Source: an uncultured candidate division Zixibacteria bacterium (lineage in GTDB: Bacteria > Zixibacteria > MSB-5A5 > UBA10806). From it: a DNA stretch of 64,000 bases. This document shows positions 39,160-48,097 of the stretch, in pieces. The stretch is from positions 96,001 through 160,000 of the forward strand of contig CAWFQL010000011.1 of the NCBI GenBank assembly GCA_963817915.1, given 5' to 3'. Numbering within the stretch: position 1 is the first letter of the stretch; the number at the start of each line of letters is the position of its first letter. Both the position numbers and the translations under genes were made by a program. Below the pieces are notes generated by a model, which had not been told where the DNA came from, made no database searches, and was given only the letters and a program-made list of their open reading frames with translations.

Positions 39160-39725
39160 TAATGGCTCATGCCGCACATTCGAATACAGGATTGGCCTCT
39201 GTCGCCAGAATAGGGGTCTTTGCCGCTCTGGCATTCGGAGTCAACGCGCCTTTCCTGGCAATCCCCAATGTCGAAACATTCAGTCTTGCCTTATTTTTAT
39301 CCGGACTTTTTCTCGGAATCTACGAAGGGCTTTCGGTCGCGTTTATTGCCGGATTAATATTTATATTTTTCAATCCCAATGGTCCTCAGACTATACTCTT
39401 AGCCGGACTCGCCCAGCTAATCGGATTCGAACTTTTCGCGTTGGGCGGTGGGATTCTTAGGCCCTGGATTTTTTCGAATTATGGCATTAAAAGAAATATG
39501 ATAATATTGACTATCAGCGGAGCGCTCCTGACCTTGTGGTATGATTTTACTACCAATCTTGTTTTCGCGATTTTATTCGGCCCATTTTGGGCGGCAATGA
39601 TTGCCGGGATAGGATTTGGCATTATTCATTTCATAAGCAACACGGTCTTATTTGCGCTATCAACATTCGTCATAGGTAAAATTTGGAAAAGAATAGAATA
39701 TATAATGCCGCCGCTGGCACGTTAA
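39156..39725 (+). CDS. ECF transporter S-component (CbrT-like)
   Basis: About 190 aa with about 6 TM helices; N-terminal A.xxA helix, IPNVE, YD..TN, G..F..IH..SN. Confidence 0.7.
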   Translation: MIMAHAAHSNTGLASVARIGVFAALAFGVNAPFLAIPNVETFSLALFLSGLFLGIYEGLSVAFIAGLIFIFFNPNGPQTILLAGLAQLIGFELFALGGGILRPWIFSNYGIKRNMIILTISGALLTLWYDFTTNLVFAILFGPFWAAMIAGIGFGIIHFISNTVLFALSTFVIGKIWKRIEYIMPPLAR

Positions 39726-41656
39726 TATTAGTATTATCGTGTTTCAATTTCGCATTCTGTCAGGAAGTGAAGCCTGATTCTATAAAAATTCCCGTGCCGA
39801 TTCTCATCGATTCTACAAAAACGCTTACGCCGGTTGATTCCTCCAGCCATCTAAGTGACAGCTTGAAAAGCATTATTAAGCCGGATAGTCTTAAATTGGC
39901 GAAGGGCATCAATCCGCTGAGCATGGATACGCTCAAAATTGATACGACCGCTGAAATATTATCAACATACCAGAAAAGGATATATTTATCGCAGGGGATC
40001 GCCGATGAAACCAAAGGAATACCCGGAAGTTTCCTAATTAGCCCCGGTCCAGTAGGATCGCCGAGAATCCTCGATGAATATCTCAATGTCCCGGGAAATG
40101 ATATTTATATCAATGGAATGCCGTTTCTCTATAATGGCATTAACAGGCCTTTTGTCATTGGCATAGATATGGAGACAATACCCTGGGAGACAATCAATAA
40201 TATCGAAAGAAACAGCGACATTTCCAATTGCGACGGAATTGATTTCAGGATGGGCAGGCCGGCTAATAACGACAACAAATCCGACGTCGAATTGGCACGG
40301 GGCCCATATGGGTACAACGGCTCGCGCTGGCGATTCTTCAGGCCGTTTGGCCAAAAGGCATACGGGTATTTTACATTGGGATTCAAGAAGTCCGGCGGCT
40401 ATTTCGATAATTCAGATTACAATGGATATCATGTGTCGGGCGGTATTACCGCGAATATCCTCAATGGTACATTTAGCGCGGACCTCTGGAAACATCGCGC
40501 TAAGGCGGGGCTGAATTCATTTGAATATTTGATACCGCAAGTATCCCGTCAAAGTCGAGGCATTGATAGAGGCGAATTCAAATTCGTCAGAAAATTAAAA
40601 ACATCTGCACTTATGAATATTAGTACAGTATTCCAGAGAAATGCCCAGACAATATACGGCTATGCCAACCCGCTGACCGCAAATTTAAATCTCAGCGGTG
40701 GCATATTTAGTGTTGTCGATTCACTTAAGGGCAAAACGTTGGAAGCGGGAATTAAATATTATAATATGCACATGACTGGAGCCGTACGAAACAGCCCCCA
40801 GGTAAACGATTACGATTTCTATTCGAGGCTCAACTGGCTATTCGAAAAATGGCGATACGATATAAAGCTTGATTACGCCTGGAATAAAATCGACAAAAGT
40901 ACGCTTCTGCCATACGGGATAGTTAAATATGATTTATCGACAAATCTGACTCCGTATTTTTCCGTAGCTCGATATCGGCGACTACCGGATATGAATTTGC
41001 TATACCTCAATGATACTGTCGAGAATCTTGGTATTTCGGGACATTTGGAATCCTATAAATTAATATCAAATCCTGATCTTCATTCACCCCAAACAACCAA
41101 GGCAGCCATTGGGCTCCAATCTAAATTTGGTAAATTTTCCACGAATATTGGAGTATCGTATAAGACTATAGATTCGCAGATTTATTTGAATTATTCCGAT
41201 TCTTCGGGAAATTTTGTCGCCAGACCGACAAATTTCAACGACAGGTTTATTGAGCTAATTGTTTCCGCTGAAGGCAGTGTAGGCCCATTCTCCGGCGAAA
41301 TCTCGGGTACGGTCAGAAGATGGAATGATAAATATTTCGCTGATGGTCTCGAAAAGGATCCGGCTGCGATCGGATTCGGTAGAATATCGGTTCTAAAGCA
41401 ATTTTTTATTCCCAAGCTGTATTTAGGCGGCTCATTCGAGGCACGGGTAATGACGAGGCGCGACTATAGATCATTAATCGATGGCCACGCTGACGCGTTT
41501 GTGGCTACTTCGGGCAGGCTGGAATTTCGCTATTTGGATTTTACTTTCTGGTTAAACGAGGAAAACATTCTGAACAGCGCCTATACAACCTTGTGGCCTT
41601 ATAATGAAGCCGCGAGATTAGTATGGTGGGGTTTCAGATGGGATTTTATAGATTGA
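39683..41656 (+). CDS. Outer-membrane beta-barrel, TonB-dependent-receptor/putative-porin-like
   Basis: Signal-like N-terminus, plug-like IYING.P...D...IP.E.I..IE, alternating aromatic strands, NIL...Y, terminal strand WWGFRWDFID. Confidence 0.65.
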   Translation: MEKNRIYNAAAGTLILVLSCFNFAFCQEVKPDSIKIPVPILIDSTKTLTPVDSSSHLSDSLKSIIKPDSLKLAKGINPLSMDTLKIDTTAEILSTYQKRIYLSQGIADETKGIPGSFLISPGPVGSPRILDEYLNVPGNDIYINGMPFLYNGINRPFVIGIDMETIPWETINNIERNSDISNCDGIDFRMGRPANNDNKSDVELARGPYGYNGSRWRFFRPFGQKAYGYFTLGFKKSGGYFDNSDYNGYHVSGGITANILNGTFSADLWKHRAKAGLNSFEYLIPQVSRQSRGIDRGEFKFVRKLKTSALMNISTVFQRNAQTIYGYANPLTANLNLSGGIFSVVDSLKGKTLEAGIKYYNMHMTGAVRNSPQVNDYDFYSRLNWLFEKWRYDIKLDYAWNKIDKSTLLPYGIVKYDLSTNLTPYFSVARYRRLPDMNLLYLNDTVENLGISGHLESYKLISNPDLHSPQTTKAAIGLQSKFGKFSTNIGVSYKTIDSQIYLNYSDSSGNFVARPTNFNDRFIELIVSAEGSVGPFSGEISGTVRRWNDKYFADGLEKDPAAIGFGRISVLKQFFIPKLYLGGSFEARVMTRRDYRSLIDGHADAFVATSGRLEFRYLDFTFWLNEENILNSAYTTLWPYNEAARLVWWGFRWDFID

Positions 41657-41659
41657 AAG

Positions 41660-42121
41660 CTACCAGGATATGATAATGCACTTTCCTTTTTTATATTCAA
41701 TATTCAGCCGATCGAGGGCGTCCATTCGGCCAAGTGTCGGAGGGACATCATCAGTCGCGGCGATCGCGAATTTTGTTTTAAGCTTCCGACCGCCTAATTT
41801 TATTGTCAGATGATGAATATAGATATTTTTCGTAGCTCCTGCCACGAGCCCGGTAATCTTGTATCGTTTGCCGTTGTGGATATTGCCGACAAGGAGGACT
41901 CCCAGGCTTTTGGGAAGCACCGAAATATCAGCCCCGGTATCGGCCAGTACTTCATCGATCGCTATCCAGCTCGAAAGGACGGCGGAATAAATTTGGATAT
42001 CCACTTTTGGACGGAAAACACTATGAAATATATTCGATTTTTCTTTAGTGTACGGGACTATGATCTTTTTGCGGCCGGGATTGTTTTTCTTTTTAGTAGG
42101 GCGGCTTTTGATGTCAGACAA
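41660..42121 (-). CDS. Retropepsin-like (clan AA) aspartyl protease
   Basis: LADTGADISVLP catalytic motif, G.AG flap, PTLGRMDAL. Confidence 0.85.
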   Translation of the reverse strand: MSDIKSRPTKKKNNPGRKKIIVPYTKEKSNIFHSVFRPKVDIQIYSAVLSSWIAIDEVLADTGADISVLPKSLGVLLVGNIHNGKRYKITGLVAGATKNIYIHHLTIKLGGRKLKTKFAIAATDDVPPTLGRMDALDRLNIEYKKGKCIIISW

Positions 42122-42308
42122 TGAAAAACTCCACGTCGTTTTTCCAGCTGATGCTCAGGCTTTTTCCGGGATTTTTATTGGCGATCAACGGGAATTTATC
42201 CAGCGGATTTTTACCTTCCCAAACCGTTTTCCCTTCGAGCTTAATAACATACTTTCCACTCAAAGGAACATTCTTTTTTAATATGATTTTCGTCTGGTTT
42301 TTCATCAT
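42114..42308 (-). CDS. Small DUF5678-like protein
   Basis: 64 aa with GKYV...GK.V..G.......I....PG; AAGGGG RBS; overlaps the protease start. Confidence 0.6.
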   Translation of the reverse strand: MMKNQTKIILKKNVPLSGKYVIKLEGKTVWEGKNPLDKFPLIANKNPGKSLSISWKNDVEFFIV

Positions 42309-42367
42309 ACAAAACCCCTTTCACTATTACAATATAATATTATCTTCATAATGTCAAAGGATTTTCT

Positions 42368-42913
42368 ATGATACGCGAAGAAGCGCTGCAATGGGTACAA
42401 TCGGAATTAACCAATAAGAATCTCGTGAAGCATGTTCTCGCGGTCGAGGCTTCCTGCAGATGCCTGGCCGAGCATTTCGGGGAGGATCCTGAGGTATGGG
42501 CCATGGCGGGGCTGCTCCATGATATCGATTATGAACATACAAAGGACAACCCTCAAAGACATACCGTAATGGCATCGGAATGGCTCAAAGAAAAAGGATT
42601 TGATGATAACATAATACACGCTATAATGGCACATGCGTCGGCGGTCAAACCAGAATCCAAATTCGATTGGACATTATTCTGTGTCGATCCCGCCACAGGC
42701 TTGATAGTAGCGGCGGCCCTGATGCACCCATCGAAAACGCTGGCAGGTTTGGATATAGAATTCATAATGAAGCGATTTAAAGAAAAAAGATTCGCCGCCG
42801 GGGCAAGGAGAGAAGATATCGCCGCCTGCTCCAATTTAGGCTTACCAACCGAGGATTTTCTGAAACTTGTTCTTGAAGGCATGCAGAGGATTTCCAATGA
42901 GCTTGGGTTATAG
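42368..42913 (+). CDS. HDIG-family metal-dependent phosphohydrolase
   Basis: H..AVE, GLLHDIDYE, AI.AH, D..TGLI.AAAL..P.K, K.FAAG..RE.I. Confidence 0.9.
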   Translation: MIREEALQWVQSELTNKNLVKHVLAVEASCRCLAEHFGEDPEVWAMAGLLHDIDYEHTKDNPQRHTVMASEWLKEKGFDDNIIHAIMAHASAVKPESKFDWTLFCVDPATGLIVAAALMHPSKTLAGLDIEFIMKRFKEKRFAAGARREDIAACSNLGLPTEDFLKLVLEGMQRISNELGL

Positions 42914-43247
42914 GAAAGTAGTTCTAATCATCATATTGGTGGCATCGCTATCGTCAGTATGCCTTGCCGGTCAGCATAGTAATGATCGATGGTTTGCCAA
43001 AGACAAATACCAGCATTTTGCGGTTTCCGCATTTTACTCGGCGGGGACAACTTTGGTGGCTCATCGGCATTTCGAAATGGGCCAGGAAAAATCGATGGCG
43101 ATTGGAATAGGAATTACACTTTCATTGGGAGCGGCAAAAGAGGGATGGGATTACAAATCCCGAAAAGGCACTGCCAGTATCAAGGATTTTATCTGGGATA
43201 TCGCCGGAGCGCTGACGGGCGCGCTGGTAATCGGGCTGACTGAATGA
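42897..43247 (+). CDS. YfiM/DUF2279-like membrane protein
   Basis: WF..DK..HF, G..KE..D, S.KD..WD.AG. Confidence 0.75.
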   Translation: MSLGYRKVVLIIILVASLSSVCLAGQHSNDRWFAKDKYQHFAVSAFYSAGTTLVAHRHFEMGQEKSMAIGIGITLSLGAAKEGWDYKSRKGTASIKDFIWDIAGALTGALVIGLTE

Positions 43248-44479
43248 AATATTCGAAGACAAAAATATTCACTTGGTCGCTGTATGATTTTGCCGATACG
43301 ATATTCTCAATGAATGTCGTCAGCCTCAATTTCCCGCTGATGATAAAAAATGTCTATAACGGCGCGGATATTTATCTTTCAATTGCCAGATCGACCGCGA
43401 TGATCGTTGTAGCATTGACTATGCCGCTTGCCGGAATAGTGGCCGATAAATATCGCCGCCGAATGCCATTGACAATCTTCTTTACAGTCGCCTGCTGCCT
43501 GGCCACTGTATTCATGGGTCAAACCAATTCCATGATCATCGATCTGGTTCTTTTCGGAATAGCCCTCTATGCCTATTCATCGGCAATGGTCTTTTACAAT
43601 GCTATTTTGCCTCAGATATCGGGCCCGGATAGAATGGGGCGGGTTTCCGGCTATGGAGTGGCATTGGGGTATATTGGCACCATATTTGGCCTGACGGTAG
43701 TAGGCTCAATTACAGGGTCGAGGGAATATTCAGCGATCTTTCCGTTGACGGCGATGTTCTTCTTTATATTCGCAATGCCATTTTTTATTACCGTAAAAGA
43801 TGAGGCTCCGGAAAAGCTCAGAGGCGTCTGGAAAATGACTGTGGAATCCATGAAACGGATATCAGATGTCTATGTAGACGCCAAATCCAAGCCTGGAATG
43901 CTCCGTTTTCTACTTGGCAGGTTCTTTGTAGTCGAGGCGCTGGAGACAATCATATTTTTCATGGCCATATATTTAAAAGAGGCGGTCGGTTTTTCCGATG
44001 CTGGCCCATTCTGGGGGAATCTTAACGAGATTACCGTCTTTCTAATTATAGTGACCATATTTACGGCGGCAGGTTCATTCGCATGGGGTTTTATTACCGA
44101 GAAGTTCGGCCCTCGAAACGCTTTATTCGCCAATGTGATTATATGGATAGTGACGCTAACCGGCATAATATTCTTCTCCGATAAAACAATCTTTTTCGTT
44201 CTGGGCTCGCTCGCCGGGATTTCGCTTGGCGGCGTCTGGACTGCTGAACGGCCGCTGCTGATAAACCTTGTCAATGACAATGAAAAATTGGCCGGCTATT
44301 TCGGCCTGTTTGCATTGTCGGGGCGAATGGCGGCTGTCGCGGGGCCGTTGATATGGGGAATCACAGTCGCGGTCTTTGATTCTTTCGGTCCGATAAGATA
44401 TCGATTCGCTGTCGGTTCCATTCTAATAATGATGATAGCGGGAATTATTATTTTAAGGAAAGTCCCCGATGCCAGATAG
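43244..44479 (+). CDS. MFS transporter (UMF1/ATG22-like)
   Basis: W.LYDFA, G..AD, FYNA.LP, GRVSG.G...GY.G, YFGLFALSGR..A..GP; about 12 TM helices. Confidence 0.9.
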   Translation: MKYSKTKIFTWSLYDFADTIFSMNVVSLNFPLMIKNVYNGADIYLSIARSTAMIVVALTMPLAGIVADKYRRRMPLTIFFTVACCLATVFMGQTNSMIIDLVLFGIALYAYSSAMVFYNAILPQISGPDRMGRVSGYGVALGYIGTIFGLTVVGSITGSREYSAIFPLTAMFFFIFAMPFFITVKDEAPEKLRGVWKMTVESMKRISDVYVDAKSKPGMLRFLLGRFFVVEALETIIFFMAIYLKEAVGFSDAGPFWGNLNEITVFLIIVTIFTAAGSFAWGFITEKFGPRNALFANVIIWIVTLTGIIFFSDKTIFFVLGSLAGISLGGVWTAERPLLINLVNDNEKLAGYFGLFALSGRMAAVAGPLIWGITVAVFDSFGPIRYRFAVGSILIMMIAGIIILRKVPDAR

Positions 44480-45512
44480 AAAAATGCATGAAATTGTCGG
44501 AGTGATTCATATTCATTCCACCTACTCCGATGGCAGCAAGGGCATTGATGAGATCGCGAAAATCGGGGAAACTGCCGGGCTCGATTACTTGATGTTTTGC
44601 GATCATATGACATTGCAGCCGTTGCGAGATGGTCACGAGGCATTTCATGGCAAAACCGCCGTAATTATCGGGTATGAGATTGAAGACTCGGCCAATGAAA
44701 ATCATTTTCTGGCATTTGGGATGAGCGATGAATTGCCAAACGGCCTTGCCGCCCCGGAATATGTAAAAGGAGTCAGGGAATCAGGGGGATTGGGGATAAT
44801 CGCCCATCCCGATGAAGTCCGTCGAGCATTGCCGAAATATCCGAGTTTCCCATGGACCGCTTGGGAAGCACTTGATTTTGACGGCCTGGAGATATGGAAT
44901 CACATGTCGGCCTGGCTGGAATCGCTCAAAAGATCGAATATGCTAAAGATGGCATTGAGTCCGCGGCGAAGCCTCCAGGGGCCGACCTCGCGCGTCCTCG
45001 CCAAATGGGATGAGCTGGCGCAGACCCGCAATGTCGCCGGCATAGGCTCTGCCGATGTTCACGCGCATGCCTACCGCAAAGGGCCCATCAGATTGATAAT
45101 ATTCCCATATAAGGTCCAGTTCAGAGCAATCAGGACACATTTATTGCTGGATGCGCCTTTATCGGAAGATATCCGGGCGGCAAAATCACAAATTATAGAC
45201 GCTATTAGAAAAACTCGTGTTTTCGTATCGCATTATCGATGGGGTGATGCTCGTGGTTTTGAATTCTATGCTGAATCCGGAGGAAATAGGTTCGATATGG
45301 GGGATAATATCAAGTTTGCCGCAGACGTGACGCTTCACGCAAAGGCGCCGCTTCCTGGAGAGATAAGAATAGTCGCCGATGGCAATACTGCCAAATCATT
45401 CTATGGTGATAATCTTATTTACAAAGTGAATAGGCCCGGAATCTATAGGGTTGAATTATATCGCGATGGCAAGGGATGGATTTTTTCTAATCACATCAGG
45501 ATTTTGGCATAA
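44469..45512 (+). CDS. PHP-fold metallohydrolase (CehA/McbA-like)
   Basis: G.IHIHS.YSDG, DH, G.E, H.L, AHP, G.EIWN, G.AD.H, G.YRVE...WIFSN.I. Confidence 0.85.
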   Translation: MPDRKMHEIVGVIHIHSTYSDGSKGIDEIAKIGETAGLDYLMFCDHMTLQPLRDGHEAFHGKTAVIIGYEIEDSANENHFLAFGMSDELPNGLAAPEYVKGVRESGGLGIIAHPDEVRRALPKYPSFPWTAWEALDFDGLEIWNHMSAWLESLKRSNMLKMALSPRRSLQGPTSRVLAKWDELAQTRNVAGIGSADVHAHAYRKGPIRLIIFPYKVQFRAIRTHLLLDAPLSEDIRAAKSQIIDAIRKTRVFVSHYRWGDARGFEFYAESGGNRFDMGDNIKFAADVTLHAKAPLPGEIRIVADGNTAKSFYGDNLIYKVNRPGIYRVELYRDGKGWIFSNHIRILA

Positions 45513-45580
45513 AAAAAGGGCGAAACAATGCCAAGGTAGAGGGGGGCTGAAACTACCCAAACATTAACGTCTCACCCTTA
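45511..45580 (-). ncRNA. Candidate sRNA of about 70 nt: long G.U-containing hairpin with a C-rich loop and U7 tail
   Basis: Minus strand AAGGGUGAGAC/GUUUCGCCCUU, AAUGUU/GGCAUU and GGUAG/CUACC stems, loop UUUCAGCCCCCCU, then the U-run. TATAAT at 45592-45587 and TTGACA at 45619-45614. Confidence 0.55.
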
Positions 45581-45679
45581 AATCTTATTATAAATATGAC
45601 TCTAAGCGGTGCATGTCAAGGAGATAATTGTCGATTTTACCGTCTCCTTTGATGCTCCCCTTAAAGAACCTCTTGCTGC

Positions 45680-45883
45680 TCAAGAAATTAAATCTGTTAT
45701 GAGACTTTGCAATTCCGATTTGTAATCTCCGGTAGATAATTTTGATTTGAAGGCGCTTTGGTTGACAATGAGTGTCTCAGCGCTCTTTACCATTTCCGCT
45801 GTCATACCTCGCGAAGCCATCCGAGCTGGGCGGTCCATTTGCTGTGAACCTGATTCTAATCCTTTGGTGCTTGGTAGTCTCAT
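45680..45883 (-). CDS. Small protein resembling short flagellar basal-body-rod/hook (D0-only) proteins
   Basis: AGGA RBS; GL....Q.MD..A ... LIV.Q.AF...L.T....E.....DL.S pattern; sigma28-like promoter upstream. Confidence 0.5.
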   Translation of the reverse strand: MRLPSTKGLESGSQQMDRPARMASRGMTAEMVKSAETLIVNQSAFKSKLSTGDYKSELQSLITDLIS

Positions 45884-45900
45884 AATTTCCTACAGCGATA

Positions 45901-45928
45901 ATATCGGCACAAAATCCCATATCCATTA
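45901..45928 (-). promoter_or_regulatory. Sigma28 (SigD)-like promoter
   Basis: Minus strand TAAT-N16-GCCGATAT, 17 nt before the ATG at 45883. Confidence 0.55.
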
Positions 45929-46049
45929 ATATTTCCCTCAGTGTCTAATCGCAGTTAATAAGAGATTTCAATAATAGATATTGTTAATGAACGGGGAAAA
46001 TCGGCGCATATTCAGGAAGTAAGGACAAGGGCCCTCGATATTTCTCTGA

Positions 46050-46078
46050 TTGACTTAATTTTGTGAGAAGACTAAAAT
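46050..46078 (+). promoter_or_regulatory. Sigma70 promoter placed for a leaderless mRNA
   Basis: TTGACT-N17-TAAAAT, then 6 nt to ATG 46085; no SD. Confidence 0.6.
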
Positions 46079-46084
46079 AACCTT

Positions 46085-48097
46085 ATGTCAAATAAACCTG
46101 TCGACAGGCCGGGTCTTTTCTATGGTATAAAATTAAGGCATGCAGTTGCCCTATTAACCTGCCTGGCAACTATCTTGATATTGGCAGGCTTCTTTTCAGT
46201 CTCTGCCGGTCAAAAAGCGGCATTGGAGACTGTTACCTCGCAGGGACAGGCTCTGACCGAGACACTTCTGTCATCGGCTGGCATAATAATCGAATCCGAT
46301 AAACAAATTACTCAGTTGGCCATTCAGCGCCTGGTGGAATTGGTGGCCGATTACGATATTGACCAAAAAATTCCCGATGAAAGCAAATTTGAAAGCTTGC
46401 GGCAGGCATTGGGCGCATCCAAAATGGTCCTGATAGAAAAAAACAAGGTCAGCATGTCATCATCGGATGCTATTACAACTCTTAGCAACGACAAAATAAT
46501 CGAATGGCTCGATTCTCTCCAGATTGATCCTGATGCCGAGGTGATTTATGAATTCTCTACTGTCGGAGAGAGCAGAATATTCTGGGGATATTTTCCAATA
46601 ACAAATACCCTCGGTTTATTTGCCGCGATCGACTGGAAATACGGCCAATATGGCAATTCCAAATTGAGCCTCTACGATCTGCTCAATCGTGTCGGCCAGG
46701 AAACCGGTGTCGAATATATCATGATGCAGAATCAGGACGGTATCGTATTCGCCTCGAAGAAGATCCTGAGCATGCCGCGTCTTGCCGATGACCAATTCCT
46801 GGTCGACGCTCTCAAAAACGACACCACCCGCAGTCGGCTGATGATGTTCCAGGACAGACAGGTATTGGAATGTATAAGGAAATTCAAGTCCAGCGAATTT
46901 GAAGGTGTTTTTCGCGTAGGGTTATCACTTTACGGTTATCGTGAAATAGCCGCAGGCATGAAACGGCAGGTCTGGCTGGTGGTGGCCGCGCTGATTATTC
47001 TCGGAATGATCGGATTCGGAATCGTGGTCGGATTTCAGAATTTTGACGTACTGAAAAATAGCTTCAATAAGGCCCAAATAATCGCCCAAAGCCTTCTCGA
47101 TTCTATCCCCGGCCCCGTAATCGCGATTGATCACAATAAGATTATTACCGATATTAATTCCTCCGCCAGGAAGCTATTCGGAATATCCGCGATATCGCCT
47201 GTAGGCTCAGAGTATGTTAAGATATTTGCCGATGATCCATTTCACTTTAATGATATTCTCTCCAATGCCCGTGGCACTAATTTTGAAAAAATACTAGGGG
47301 ATAATAGCCAGCGGTTCTTCATTACGGCCACCCCATTAATCGAAAAAAATGGCGTGTTGATGGGAGCTATCGCCATTGCTCAGGATATCACCGATGTCAG
47401 GCGGATGGAAGAGATGTCCGAATCCAGACGCAGACTTTCGGAACTGGGTGCGCTGGCGGCATCGATGGCGCATGAAGTGCGAAATCCCCTCAACGCCATT
47501 GGAATCACGATCCAGCGTATGAAAAGCGAAATAAAGCCCGCTGAAAAAGAAGAAGATTACGCGCGTTTTCTCGACGGTCTTAAAAACGAAATCAAACGGC
47601 TAAATGAAATTATCGAAAAATTCCTCGCCGTTGCCCGTTCTGTTCGGCCGGAAATGGCGGAATATGATATTAATGATTTAATAACGCCAACCCTTGATTT
47701 ATTCAAGGGCCAGGCAGCTTTGAAAAATATAAAGATAAATAGTAATATCAAATCAGGTTTGAAGATATACTGCGATAAGGCCGGAATTACGCAGAGCCTT
47801 ATTAATATTATCAAAAATAGCATTGAGGCGATCCGGAGCGATGGCAAAATAGATGTCAACGCAAGCGATGAGAACGGGAAAATAAGAATTTCAATAATAG
47901 ATGACGGGCCCGGAATCGCCGATATCAATATCGCCATGAAACCATTTTATACATCCAAGATGGACGGCACCGGTCTTGGCCTGGCCACGGCCTCGAAGAT
48001 AGTCGCAGACCATGGCGGCGAGATGATAATCGAATCCTCGCCCGGCAAAGGGTGCAGGGTCGACTTTGTATTACCAAAAAAGGAAAATTCCAAATGA
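46085..48097 (+). CDS. Membrane sensor histidine kinase with PAS domain
   Basis: Two TM helices flanking a periplasmic domain, PAS ending [38 protein letters not shown]. Confidence 0.93.
   Translation: MSNKPVDRPGLFYGIKLRHAVALLTCLATILILAGFFSVSAGQKAALETVTSQGQALTETLLSSAGIIIESDKQITQLAIQRLVELVADYDIDQKIPDESKFESLRQALGASKMVLIEKNKVSMSSSDAITTLSNDKIIEWLDSLQIDPDAEVIYEFSTVGESRIFWGYFPITNTLGLFAAIDWKYGQYGNSKLSLYDLLNRVGQETGVEYIMMQNQDGIVFASKKILSMPRLADDQFLVDALKNDTTRSRLMMFQDRQVLECIRKFKSSEFEGVFRVGLSLYGYREIAAGMKRQVWLVVAALIILGMIGFGIVVGFQNFDVLKNSFNKAQIIAQSLLDSIPGPVIAIDHNKIITDINSSARKLFGISAISPVGSEYVKIFADDPFHFNDILSNARGTNFEKILGDNSQRFFITATPLIEKNGVLMGAIAIAQDITDVRRMEEMSESRRRLSELGALAASMAHEVRNPLNAIGITIQRMKSEIKPAEKEEDYARFLDGLKNEIKRLNEIIEKFLAVARSVRPEMAEYDINDLITPTLDLFKGQAALKNIKINSNIKSGLKIYCDKAGITQSLINIIKNSIEAIRSDGKIDVNASDENGKIRISIIDDGPGIADINIAMKPFYTSKMDGTGLGLATASKIVADHGGEMIIESSPGKGCRVDFVLPKKENSK

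Noticed and set aside
45618..45649. AAGGAGA...TCTCCTT inverted repeat downstream of the mini rod-like gene
   Set aside because: The stem is imperfect with a large loop and no convincing U-tract on the minus strand, so it cannot be called a terminator.
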